Of a stretch of DNA of 38,742 nucleotides, positions 16,175 to 25,070 are shown in pieces. The position numbers and the translations under genes were made by a program. Origin of the DNA: Patescibacteria group bacterium. GTDB taxonomy: Bacteria; Patescibacteriota; Microgenomatia; UBA1400; PJMF01. Position 1 is the stretch's first letter, and the number at the start of each line of letters is the position of its first letter. Where the stretch lies: positions 1,057,298 through 1,096,039 of the forward strand of contig BOKR01000001.1 of NCBI GenBank assembly GCA_016861085.1, written 5' to 3'. The notes beneath the pieces are model-generated. The model was not told where the DNA came from. It searched no databases and saw nothing but the letters and a program-made list of their open reading frames with translations.

Positions 16175-16895
16175 ATTTTCCTTTCTTCTTAAGAGAGGTA
16201 AGAAGAAGAATCGCTATAATAAGTAATAGTAATACAACTTGATTGACCCCCAAAATTCCTAGGCTAATATCTTCTTCATCTATTCTTAAAAAATCAAGGA
16301 AAAATCTCACCGTACTGTAATAAAGAACATACAAAACAAATAATTTTCCTGTTCCTGTTTTTGGTAAAAGTGATGTCTTTTTTTTATGAAGAATATACAG
16401 ACATACCGCAAAAAATCCAGTTGCTGTCATTTCATATAAAAACAGCGGATGATAATAAGCAAATTGTTCATATCCAGGTAACCTATGAGCAGTGTCAATA
16501 AATATTTTAACAATTCCTGTTGTTGGGCTCCCATATAATTCTTGATTAAAATAGTTACCTAGTCTTCCGATTGCTTGTCCAACTGGCAGTCCAAAAACAA
16601 GCGAATCTAACAAATAAAAAAACAGCCTTCTTTTTTCTGAAAAAGATTTTTGTTTCAACTCATCAAAAATAAAAAAAGAAACAACCATTCCAATAACTCC
16701 ACCAATTACACCACCAAGGATACTTAGACCACCATTGCGTAGTTCCAACATGGCATAAAAATTGTGTGAGTATAACTGAAAATCCGTAACTATATGCCAC
16801 AGTCGTGCTCCAAGCACACCAAAACTAAGAGAAAGTAAACCAATCTTGTAGTATACCCTTAAAAGCTCTGGTTTCTGTTCTAGTTTTTTTTTCAA
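16167..16895 (-). CDS. lgt: prolipoprotein diacylglyceryl transferase; the N-terminal segment is out of frame upstream (see finding)
   Basis: Lgt signature GRLGNYFNQELYG, multi-TM. The listed start is TTG. A 45-codon ORF from ATG 16962 encodes the expected first Lgt helix in another frame, joined through an A9 run. Confidence 0.8.
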   Translation of the reverse strand: MKKKLEQKPELLRVYYKIGLLSLSFGVLGARLWHIVTDFQLYSHNFYAMLELRNGGLSILGGVIGGVIGMVVSFFIFDELKQKSFSEKRRLFFYLLDSLVFGLPVGQAIGRLGNYFNQELYGSPTTGIVKIFIDTAHRLPGYEQFAYYHPLFLYEMTATGFFAVCLYILHKKKTSLLPKTGTGKLFVLYVLYYSTVRFFLDFLRIDEEDISLGILGVNQVVLLLLIIAILLLTSLKKKGKYV

Positions 16896-16962
16896 TCAGA
16901 AAACTTCCCGCTACAATTGCTAACCCAACAATAAAACCGTAAATTGAAAATGGGGGTTGCAT

Positions 16963-17448
16963 TTACCTTCCTAAAAAAATCACAAAGAACGCATACATGA
17001 CTGTTGTACTAATAAAAACAGCTGTAAACAATTGTTGTTCTTGAATAGAGATATCTCTTTTAAGTTGATACAAAAATCTTTCTTTAAACTCAAGTTTGTT
17101 CTTTCGCAATGAAAAAAATTCGAGTGCAAGTCCTGAAATGATACTTAAATACATACCAACGCCTAACGCACTACCAGTAGAAGTTAATAAAAATATTCCC
17201 AACGGAAAAAGAGCCAAAATAAATAAAAGTGAACGAGTTGCGAGTCTTTTTTTACTTTCAGTATCAGCATAATACTTAAATAAGACTGCCTCATCGGCTT
17301 CAAGAAGTGCTAATCCTACTAATAATCCAACTACAAAAAACAACCCATCTGAGTATTCAACTGATTTGCCAAAATAGGTCGCCACAAAAAACAACGCTGC
17401 ATAGCTGACTATTACACCAATCTTTCCAACCAAATTATTTTGCTTCAT
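16963..17448 (-). CDS. hypothetical polytopic membrane protein
   Basis: 161 aa with about 5 hydrophobic segments. Its stop abuts ATG 16962. Confidence 0.5.
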   Translation of the reverse strand: MKQNNLVGKIGVIVSYAALFFVATYFGKSVEYSDGLFFVVGLLVGLALLEADEAVLFKYYADTESKKRLATRSLLFILALFPLGIFLLTSTGSALGVGMYLSIISGLALEFFSLRKNKLEFKERFLYQLKRDISIQEQQLFTAVFISTTVMYAFFVIFLGR

Positions 17449-18623
17449 ATGCTTTTATAGTTTATAATTTTTATGACTGATTTATCAACAAAAGTTTTGA
17501 ATTCAGGGTTTAACTCATACTCTTTTACAAGTTCGGTAACAATTTCTGACAAGTCAGCTTGAGTTACTGAAGGACCATAAATAAGAACGGTATTTCCAGA
17601 CAATATAGCTTCCTTTGAGACACGTACCAAACTCTTTGGAACATTTGGATTGGAAACGTCATATGCAGCTGCCGTCATTTCAAGGGCATCGGTAAACACT
17701 AGGATATCTGGGTATGCTGTGTTCAACTCACTCACGCAATACGGACTCACAGAACAAGGTATGTCTTTGTCTTGACTCGTCACGCCAACATGTGCTGTCA
17801 TAACTCCGATTTTTTCGTTTTGATCAAGAATATATTTATATAATTTAATGTCATTCTCTAAAACACTCACGAAATCGAACGCTTTATGAAGATCCTTTTT
17901 TGTTTGCCCAATACCAGGAAAATGTTTAATAACAGGCAAAATTCCAACATTTGAAAAAGTTGTCACATACTCCATGCTTCTGTCTGCAACAATTGCATAA
18001 GAGTCTGTTGAACATACTCTATCTTTTAAAACGGCATTCTTGCCAACATCTAGAACTGGGGCCAAAACAATGTCGATGTTTACTTTTCTCAACTCATTAG
18101 CACTCTGCTTAAGGGTTGCTTGTCTATCTACGGTTTCAAGTGCACACAACTTCTGCCAAGAGTCTAGCTTTGTAAACCCTTCCCCTGAGAGTCTTTGTAC
18201 ACTTCCACCTTCATGGTCTACTGCTACATGTGGGCGAAGCTTTGCAATCATTTTATTTTTTCTCAAATCTAAAACAACCTGCTGAGCTTGCAGAGAAGAA
18301 ATTTCTGTACCAAATAACGTATAGAATCCAGTTTTTATGTCACTCAGGACTGCCTCTTGGCTAGCATCTTGAGGGGACTGAGCAAAATATGACTCCACTA
18401 TAACTGGGGATGCAATCATTTGTGCAACTTTCTCTTGAGTACTCAACTGAGATAACACATATTCCGGAGAGTTTATTAGCTCATCACTCAACTTTTCACT
18501 ATCTAGATTATCAGTCGCTTGTTTTGTTTTTTCTTCAAATGGACGGTAATAGTAGTTGTAACCCAACAAAACAGTTGCCATAGCCAATAAGATAATAAAG
18601 AAGTATTGTCTAATTTTTTGCAT
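17445..18623 (-). CDS. nagZ: glycoside hydrolase family 3, NagZ-like beta-N-acetylhexosaminidase, membrane-anchored
   Basis: VDHEGGSVQRL and KHFPGIGQT motifs. I start it at MQKIRQYFFIILLAMA (ATG 18623) rather than 18701, which would overlap the upstream ORF by 92 nt. Confidence 0.7.
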   Translation of the reverse strand: MQKIRQYFFIILLAMATVLLGYNYYYRPFEEKTKQATDNLDSEKLSDELINSPEYVLSQLSTQEKVAQMIASPVIVESYFAQSPQDASQEAVLSDIKTGFYTLFGTEISSLQAQQVVLDLRKNKMIAKLRPHVAVDHEGGSVQRLSGEGFTKLDSWQKLCALETVDRQATLKQSANELRKVNIDIVLAPVLDVGKNAVLKDRVCSTDSYAIVADRSMEYVTTFSNVGILPVIKHFPGIGQTKKDLHKAFDFVSVLENDIKLYKYILDQNEKIGVMTAHVGVTSQDKDIPCSVSPYCVSELNTAYPDILVFTDALEMTAAAYDVSNPNVPKSLVRVSKEAILSGNTVLIYGPSVTQADLSEIVTELVKEYELNPEFKTFVDKSVIKIINYKSI

Positions 18624-18927
18624 GCTTTTGTTGTACTTCCTGCCGTAACTGCTTAACTTTCCACATAAATAATCTAGCTTTGCTTTTGGCACTATCTGCA
18701 TCTTTTACAAAAGTGAGTGCTCTCTCAAGAATCGATCTCTCTATAGTTTTTGCCATTTTTATATATAAACTTTTATGCTTCAAGTCATTTAACTCTATCG
18801 CAAGCCTATACCCATAGTCTTGAAATTCTTGGGTAATATGACCACCTTTGTCATCAAGCTGGTAGCTGGTAAATAAATCACCCAAGCTTTGGAATCCAGC
18901 ATTTTTTTTCTTTGTATCATCACTCAT
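18610..18927 (-). CDS. small hypothetical protein
   Basis: 105-aa ORF wedged between the MFS and NagZ-like genes with short overlaps on both sides. Helical and basic C-terminus. Confidence 0.45.
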   Translation of the reverse strand: MSDDTKKKNAGFQSLGDLFTSYQLDDKGGHITQEFQDYGYRLAIELNDLKHKSLYIKMAKTIERSILERALTFVKDADSAKSKARLFMWKVKQLRQEVQQKHAKN

Positions 18928-20143
18928 GTTTTGAGTCCTTCATGAGTAATCCTACTAACACCCCAATTCCTGCAAAAACATAAAGCGATGTCCATCCTGA
19001 AAAGAAGATAAAGAAAACCAACGCAAACAGCCAAAAAATAACTGTTGCAACATTAACTACCATTTCTCTATAAATGAAAAATTCATCGACAGAATGTCCC
19101 TTGCTTCTCAACATAAACATTGTGTCAAAATATACTGTATATACGTTTGAAATAAGTCTGTCTGCCAAATCTACTAAAGCTATCCCTACAACAGTTGCTA
19201 CTTGAGCACGCAAAACTGTCACTAACGACAAAATTCCCCCTGAAAAATAGAATGGTTTTTTACTTTTGTGATTATCAATATAGCTCCCAGTAAAATACGT
19301 AATTGCCATGGCTAAAAACAGTGATACCGTATATAAATATCCGACTCTATCAACTGAACCTAAAAGTAAGAAAATGTAGAGCGGCCAAATATAAACTGAA
19401 ACATCATAAACATACTTTCCTGAAAAAGAAGCAGCTAATTGTCTAAACCTTGTTTCTTTCATCCAAACAAAAAAATCTTTATATGAAACCGCGTTAATTG
19501 AGGTTTTTGACTGCATATTAAATGTAAAAATTGCTGAAACCAATGTTAAAACCAACCCTACTAAAAATAAAACTTCAATTCCCAGTACAAGCGCAAGAAA
19601 ACCACTTATTGCTGGCGCAATGACAGCAACAATTTGTATCATCGTATGCAAAAATCCGACGTCCTTACCCAAATTTTTTTTCAAAGAATTCTTACTGATA
19701 AGACTATAATATCCTGGCCAGAACATCTGGGCATTTATGGCATCTAAAATCACAGCTGGCACTAGAAACCAAATATTTTGCTTGGCAAAAAAAACTGATA
19801 CAAAAAACAAACATCTCAATAAAAACGAAAACAAAAATGTTCTTTGATATCCGATCTTTTTATATAACTTACCCGTTGGAATTCCAATGAAAAAGCCAAT
19901 TGACCCAAATCCAATATAAAACAGCGCTAAAACAATCATGCCTCTCTGGAAAGAAGAAAATGGGAGCCCTTCAAGAGCCGTAGCAGTTGATCCTACAAGA
20001 TACAAGTATACTGGCAAAAAAAACATGGCCATTTTATTACCAAGATCTCGAAACACACGAACTGCATATAAAAGTCTGAGATCTTTTGTATTATCAAAAG
20101 TAATATGTGGCAAATGCAGATGATAATCGCGAATACGAAACAT
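18920..20143 (-). CDS. MFS-type transporter
   Basis: 407 aa with about 12 hydrophobic segments arranged 6+6. The family call rests on topology only. Confidence 0.55.
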   Translation of the reverse strand: MFRIRDYHLHLPHITFDNTKDLRLLYAVRVFRDLGNKMAMFFLPVYLYLVGSTATALEGLPFSSFQRGMIVLALFYIGFGSIGFFIGIPTGKLYKKIGYQRTFLFSFLLRCLFFVSVFFAKQNIWFLVPAVILDAINAQMFWPGYYSLISKNSLKKNLGKDVGFLHTMIQIVAVIAPAISGFLALVLGIEVLFLVGLVLTLVSAIFTFNMQSKTSINAVSYKDFFVWMKETRFRQLAASFSGKYVYDVSVYIWPLYIFLLLGSVDRVGYLYTVSLFLAMAITYFTGSYIDNHKSKKPFYFSGGILSLVTVLRAQVATVVGIALVDLADRLISNVYTVYFDTMFMLRSKGHSVDEFFIYREMVVNVATVIFWLFALVFFIFFSGWTSLYVFAGIGVLVGLLMKDSKHE

Positions 20144-20154
20144 TGTTAGTCTTT

Positions 20155-20703
20155 CTACTTAATTCTTTGCAGTAATTCCTTAACTAGATCGAACTTAACT
20201 TGATTTACTTTTTCCAATTCTTGTGGCGCAAATTTTTCTAGAACATATACATCTGGCGGAATACTTCTCTCTCCTTGCCTAGAGTCAACCCCAACCCTAA
20301 CATGCCAAAAATTTTGAGTACCCAAATGTTGGTATACAGAGAGCAAACCATTATGACCTTTTGGACCTGTACCATACTGAATTTTATATGAGCCAAGTTC
20401 TAGGTCTAAGTCATCATGAATTACAAATAGATTGTGGAATCCACCTTCTTTACTCCCTTTTGTTAATAACTTATAAAAATCTAAAGCGGATCGTACCGCT
20501 TTACCAGACTCATTCATAAATGTCTGTGGTTTTATAAAAATGGATGTGTCAACCTTACAGACGTCAGAAAAAATTCGTTTATTACTTGTGAACTTAGGAC
20601 ATTCCATGACTTGACGCAGATTATCCAGAATCAGAAATCCGGCATTGTGTCTTGTCAATTCATATCTACTCCCTGGGTTCCCAAGACCAACAATAATATT
20701 CAT
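20155..20703 (-). CDS. pth: peptidyl-tRNA hydrolase
   Basis: N-terminus IIVGLGNPGSRYELTRHNAGF, later GHNGL. Canonical Pth motifs and length. Confidence 0.92.
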   Translation of the reverse strand: MNIIVGLGNPGSRYELTRHNAGFLILDNLRQVMECPKFTSNKRIFSDVCKVDTSIFIKPQTFMNESGKAVRSALDFYKLLTKGSKEGGFHNLFVIHDDLDLELGSYKIQYGTGPKGHNGLLSVYQHLGTQNFWHVRVGVDSRQGERSIPPDVYVLEKFAPQELEKVNQVKFDLVKELLQRIK

Positions 20704-20724
20704 AGCTACATTGTAACAGTCTCT

Positions 20725-20733
20725 TGATATAAT
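20725..20733 (+). promoter_or_regulatory. extended -10 element TGATATAAT
   Basis: TGaTATAAT ends 11 nt before ATG 20745, which implies a very short or absent leader. Confidence 0.35.
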
Positions 20734-20744
20734 TACAGCTACTT

Positions 20745-21605
20745 ATGAAACAAGCTCCATTCTTTTCTATTGTCATTCCCACCTTGAATGAAGAAAAATA
20801 TCTTCCTCTTTTACTCGAGGATTTAGTCAAACAGACATACCAAGACTTTGAAATCATTCACGTTGATGGTAATTCAGATGATCAAACCTTAAAAAAAGTG
20901 GCGCCATTCAAAGATAAGCTCAACATTCAAACCTTACAAACAACTACTAGAAATGTCAGTTTTCAAAGAAACATGGGAATCGAAAAAGCTAAAGGAAATT
21001 GGTTGCTGTTCATGGATGCTGATAATAGACTCCCAGCATATTTTCTAGATGGAATCAGATATCGTTTGGCAAAGTATCCTGAAACTGAATTATTTACTAC
21101 CTGGGTCTCAATTGACAATGAGAAATCACTAAATCAGCCAATTGAAAGAACCATTAATTTTGGGCTTGAGTTTGGCAGAGTCGTAGGTAAAGAATGGTCG
21201 CTTGGAGCGTTCATCGGGGTAAAAAGATCAATAGTTACCAAAGAGTACTGGTTTGATCAAACTCAAAAAGTTGGCGAAGATGGTATTTTTGTTAAAAAGC
21301 TAATAGATAATGGATATATCTTCAATATTTTCAGAGACCCAAAATACGTTTTCTCTGTTAGAAGGCTTGATTCTGAGGGTACTATTAAGATGGCAAGAAC
21401 TGGTGCTCGACTTGCGATCAATTATTTACAAGGAAAAGACTTCTCAGAGCAAGATTTTGGTTACAAGATGGAAGGTGGGGGAGCATACACAGATCAAGCT
21501 TTTTTTGATTATTATGATCTTCAGAAGTTTATTAAAACCGCAACAAAAAATCAAATTGATCAAGCAAAGAAACTCTTCAAAACCCTCACTAAAATTGAAT
21601 TCTAA
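20745..21605 (+). CDS. glycosyltransferase family 2
   Basis: FSIVIPTLNEEKYLPLLLEDLVKQTYQDFEIIHVDGNSDDQT and LFMDADN (DxD). Confidence 0.8.
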   Translation: MKQAPFFSIVIPTLNEEKYLPLLLEDLVKQTYQDFEIIHVDGNSDDQTLKKVAPFKDKLNIQTLQTTTRNVSFQRNMGIEKAKGNWLLFMDADNRLPAYFLDGIRYRLAKYPETELFTTWVSIDNEKSLNQPIERTINFGLEFGRVVGKEWSLGAFIGVKRSIVTKEYWFDQTQKVGEDGIFVKKLIDNGYIFNIFRDPKYVFSVRRLDSEGTIKMARTGARLAINYLQGKDFSEQDFGYKMEGGGAYTDQAFFDYYDLQKFIKTATKNQIDQAKKLFKTLTKIEF

Positions 21606-22435
21606 TCACCTTGACTTAGAAATTTCAAAATATCATTTCCGACTTCATTAACAGAGCTAAACAGGAATAAGTGATTTCCCTTAGGATATACTTTTACTTC
21701 AGATTTACTAATTTTTTTTGCAATCAATCTTGACCACTTGGTTGGAAATATTTTGTCACTCCCACCTGAAATAATGAACACTGGAACAGTTATTTTATGT
21801 AACTCTCCCAAAACGTCATAATTCAGAACATATGAAAGTATCTGACCATAACTTGCTGGAGAGGTATGTTTAAGGTCATTAAGTATTCTTGGGATATAAA
21901 AATCACCAGTACCGATATATTTTTCATGTTTGATTCTTCCATTTTTGTATTTTAACGACAGTTTTTTTTCCAATACAATAGCAAGTCGCTTTGCGAGTTC
22001 TGAAAACCCAGAATGCCTAAATAATGGGTATGCGACAGGAGTTGTGTTAATCAAAACTACCTTTTTTAAGCCTGCGGGATTTGTAATTGCCACCTTTTGT
22101 GCAACTAATCCACCAAGACAGTGCCCAATTAATACATAATTAGCAATATTTTCTCTTTCGATTATCGCTACAACATCATCTGCTAGTTTCTCGAAATTAT
22201 ATTGTTCTCTTTTTCTAGTTCTGCTAGAGTATCCATGTCCGCGAATATCAACAGCAATGCTTCTAAATCCGTTTTTATAAAAAAATTCCCTAAACGTCTT
22301 AAACGCATCAAGATCTCCACCCAGCCCATGCAAAAATACCAACACTGGTTTTTGAACGTCAATTTGGGTAGTATCACTGTATGCAACTACGAAATCATCT
22401 ACTGCTGTGTATTTTTTCTCTAGGAATAGTGACAT
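21602..22435 (-). CDS. alpha/beta-fold hydrolase with Cys in the nucleophile elbow
   Basis: VLVFLHGLGG oxyanion region. The elbow is GHCLGG (Cys106, codon 22118-22120) instead of GxSxG. Acid and His candidates are GGSDKIF and KGNHLF. Confidence 0.7.
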   Translation of the reverse strand: MSLFLEKKYTAVDDFVVAYSDTTQIDVQKPVLVFLHGLGGDLDAFKTFREFFYKNGFRSIAVDIRGHGYSSRTRKREQYNFEKLADDVVAIIERENIANYVLIGHCLGGLVAQKVAITNPAGLKKVVLINTTPVAYPLFRHSGFSELAKRLAIVLEKKLSLKYKNGRIKHEKYIGTGDFYIPRILNDLKHTSPASYGQILSYVLNYDVLGELHKITVPVFIISGGSDKIFPTKWSRLIAKKISKSEVKVYPKGNHLFLFSSVNEVGNDILKFLSQGD

Positions 22436-22463
22436 ATACTAGCTATATTATACGCTTAAACAC

Positions 22464-23213
22464 ATGAATACGTTTCTCAGCATCATCATTCCCACTCTCA
22501 ATGAAGAACGAAGATTACCGATCCTCTTACGGAATCTCGAAAACCAGACATTTAAAAATTTTGAAGTTATTCATGTAGATGGGAAATCTCATGACCAAAC
22601 AGTAACTGTTGCACTGTCTTTTTCAAAAAAAATAGCAATCAAGACTATTACTGCTGAAAAAAGAAATGTTTGCTACCAAAGAAATTTGGGTTCAAAAAGC
22701 GCTCGTGCTGATTGGCTGCTTTTTGTTGATGCAGATGTTCAACTCCCAAAAAAATTCCTTGAACAGTGTTACAAAAAAATTAATGACAATACAGTTGATA
22801 TCTTCGTACCATTCTATGAACCAGATATCAAAAAGCTTCGGTATGTATTGCTAACAAAAGTTGCTAACTTTTTGGCTTTCTTTACTCAAAATTCTGAATA
22901 TCCATTTGCTACAGAATCAGTTTTTGGTGTGAGACGTAAGATATTCGAAGAACTGGGTGGATTTGACGAAACAGTAAAAGTGAACGAAGGAAGAGTCTTT
23001 GTAAATAAAGCTAAAAATAAAGGATACGCATATACTGTTTTTGCTCGACCAAAATATCTAAATTCCATGAGAAGAGCAGAAAGTTTTGGATTAAGAAATT
23101 TACTGAAAAACAATGTCATTCTGACAGCTAAGATCCTACTTGGTATGAAAATGAACGCCTCCAATGTAAAACACCGTTATGAAATGAAGGGTGGCTCTGT
23201 TTATAAGGAGTAG
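22464..23213 (+). CDS. glycosyltransferase family 2, paralog of 20745..21605
   Basis: LSIIIPTLNEERRLPILLRNLENQTFKNFEVIHVDGKSHDQT and LFVDADV. The C-terminal region is similar to the paralog (SMRRAESFG / SVRRLDSEG, MKGGSVY / MEGGGAY). Confidence 0.8.
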   Translation: MNTFLSIIIPTLNEERRLPILLRNLENQTFKNFEVIHVDGKSHDQTVTVALSFSKKIAIKTITAEKRNVCYQRNLGSKSARADWLLFVDADVQLPKKFLEQCYKKINDNTVDIFVPFYEPDIKKLRYVLLTKVANFLAFFTQNSEYPFATESVFGVRRKIFEELGGFDETVKVNEGRVFVNKAKNKGYAYTVFARPKYLNSMRRAESFGLRNLLKNNVILTAKILLGMKMNASNVKHRYEMKGGSVYKE

Positions 23214-23230
23214 TAGATACCAATAAAAAG

Positions 23231-25045
23231 CTAAAAATTCTTTAGCTCAGTAATTGTTGTTGCATCGGTCCAGTTTTTATCATCTCTAAACCCTACCAAT
23301 CTTGGAAAACGCAATGCAACCTTGGCAGAATGTGTTGGTGATTTAGTAATTTCATCGGCAGCAATTTCAACCACAAGTTCTGGCCTCATCCACATATCGG
23401 GAATTAAGGATTTTTCAACTTCATACTCTTTTGGTTGCATTTTAACTGCCAAAGTATCACCGCGTTGTTTTAATTCTCTAAACTGTTCATCACTGAGTCC
23501 CGTGCCAATTTTAGCAATTGTTTTAACTTCTTGCTTCTCATTTATAACTCCAACTAAAAATGCCCCAACCCCAAACTGAGATCGTTTACCACGACCCACA
23601 TAGTATCCCATTACCACTAAATCTAAAGTGTCTTTTAGCTTTCCAGAGCTTCCTTCTGACTCTTTTATTTTTACCCAACTCCAACCCTTTCGACCACTTT
23701 GGTAGTGAGAATCTATTTGCTTTATCACAGCACCTTCAAGCCCTTCTTGCAGTTTTTTTTCGTGAAAAGAGTGTAACTTAGTTGGATCAGCAGTAGTTAT
23801 ATAATCAGTTATTTTTATTGTTCTATTTTCTTTTATTATATCTTTCAATAGCTCTTTTCTTTCACGCAAAGTTTTTTTTATCAAAGAATTATTTCCCGAA
23901 GATAACACGTCAAAAACAAAAAAACGGATCGGGACTTTTTCTGAAGCCTCTCCAACATCATGTTTGCGCTTTCTAGTAATTGTTTCTTGAAACGGTAGTA
24001 ACTTTTCTGTTTTAGGATCGTAGCCAATTGCTTCAGAATCTAACACACACTCCGCAACTTTTAGTACTGAATCTAACTGTGAAAGTTCTGGAAACATGTG
24101 TGTTACTTCATCTAAATTTCTGGTAAACGCACGAATGTGTGTGCCATTTTCAAACCCTTTTTTTGAATAATGGATCTGTACTCGCAAACCATCGTATTTT
24201 GGTTCTGCAATCACAGTTCCCATTTTTTCAATAATTTCGTGAGCGGAATTTAATCTTTGGCACAAAGCCGGCACAACAGGGATTCCAGTTGCAACTTCAT
24301 ACTTTTCATCCAATTTTTTCTCTATTGCAGAAAGATCGTTGTGTTCATCTGCAGCTAACTGCAAGTATACTTGCGCTAATTCACCTGTGTCAGCCCGATT
24401 CTGATAGGCATTTTCAAGCAAAACTCGGTGAGTCTTTGAGCCTGCTACTGCCCAAGAAAGTGCATCTAAAATCGTCATTGCACTAAAGCCCAAACGAAGT
24501 TTTCCAACGATAATTCGTGTAATAAACTTTGCAGAAATTGGATCAGAAGATTTCAACAATTCCACCAATTTCTGCAGCTTTCTATCTTGAGAACCAGCTC
24601 CACCTTCTTGAGCAATTTCAACGAGTTTTTCGTATACTTGGACCACTGACACACTGTTTTTTTGTTTTGCACTGTCAGTTTTTAACCAACCAGTAACAAC
24701 CTCAAAAGCTACTATTCCAACATCACCAGAGCTTTTATATAGTTTTGTAACTTGCTGTACTGAAGATGAGTCATCAACTTCGCCAAACAAACTCACCCCT
24801 GATCCAGAGTCTCGAGAATACTCAGCATACAGCTGAGCTAGTGCACGGATAACCATTTTGACACTCAGCTGAAACTCTAATGATAAATATGCAGGAACCA
24901 AACTCCCTTGCATCAGATAACTAGCAACCTTTATTTCATCTTTTTCAAATGATTTGTATGCATCTGAGAGTTGATACATCATCTCTAAACGCGAGTTTGT
25001 TTGCTCAAGAATTTCTAGCCGTTTTGCGAAATCTGAAAATAACAT
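23231..25045 (-). CDS. lig: ATP-dependent DNA ligase, three-domain Lig1/archaeal type
   Basis: Motif I AEPKYDGLRVQIH, motif III LDSEAIGY, motif IIIa FFVFDVL, motif IV EGAVIK, motif V WVKIK. A long N-terminal region fits a DNA-binding domain. Confidence 0.85.
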   Translation of the reverse strand: MLFSDFAKRLEILEQTNSRLEMMYQLSDAYKSFEKDEIKVASYLMQGSLVPAYLSLEFQLSVKMVIRALAQLYAEYSRDSGSGVSLFGEVDDSSSVQQVTKLYKSSGDVGIVAFEVVTGWLKTDSAKQKNSVSVVQVYEKLVEIAQEGGAGSQDRKLQKLVELLKSSDPISAKFITRIIVGKLRLGFSAMTILDALSWAVAGSKTHRVLLENAYQNRADTGELAQVYLQLAADEHNDLSAIEKKLDEKYEVATGIPVVPALCQRLNSAHEIIEKMGTVIAEPKYDGLRVQIHYSKKGFENGTHIRAFTRNLDEVTHMFPELSQLDSVLKVAECVLDSEAIGYDPKTEKLLPFQETITRKRKHDVGEASEKVPIRFFVFDVLSSGNNSLIKKTLRERKELLKDIIKENRTIKITDYITTADPTKLHSFHEKKLQEGLEGAVIKQIDSHYQSGRKGWSWVKIKESEGSSGKLKDTLDLVVMGYYVGRGKRSQFGVGAFLVGVINEKQEVKTIAKIGTGLSDEQFRELKQRGDTLAVKMQPKEYEVEKSLIPDMWMRPELVVEIAADEITKSPTHSAKVALRFPRLVGFRDDKNWTDATTITELKNF

Positions 25046-25070
25046 AGCTCTAGTGTAACACTCTCTTCAC

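Noticed and set aside
18624-18701. Longer NagZ-like start at 18701.
   Set aside because: It would overlap the upstream 105-aa ORF by 92 nt. Met at 18623 directly precedes the membrane anchor.
21310-21651. 113-aa ORF spanning the GT2 3' end and the hydrolase 3' end.
   Set aside because: It is an off-frame read-through of two well-supported genes.
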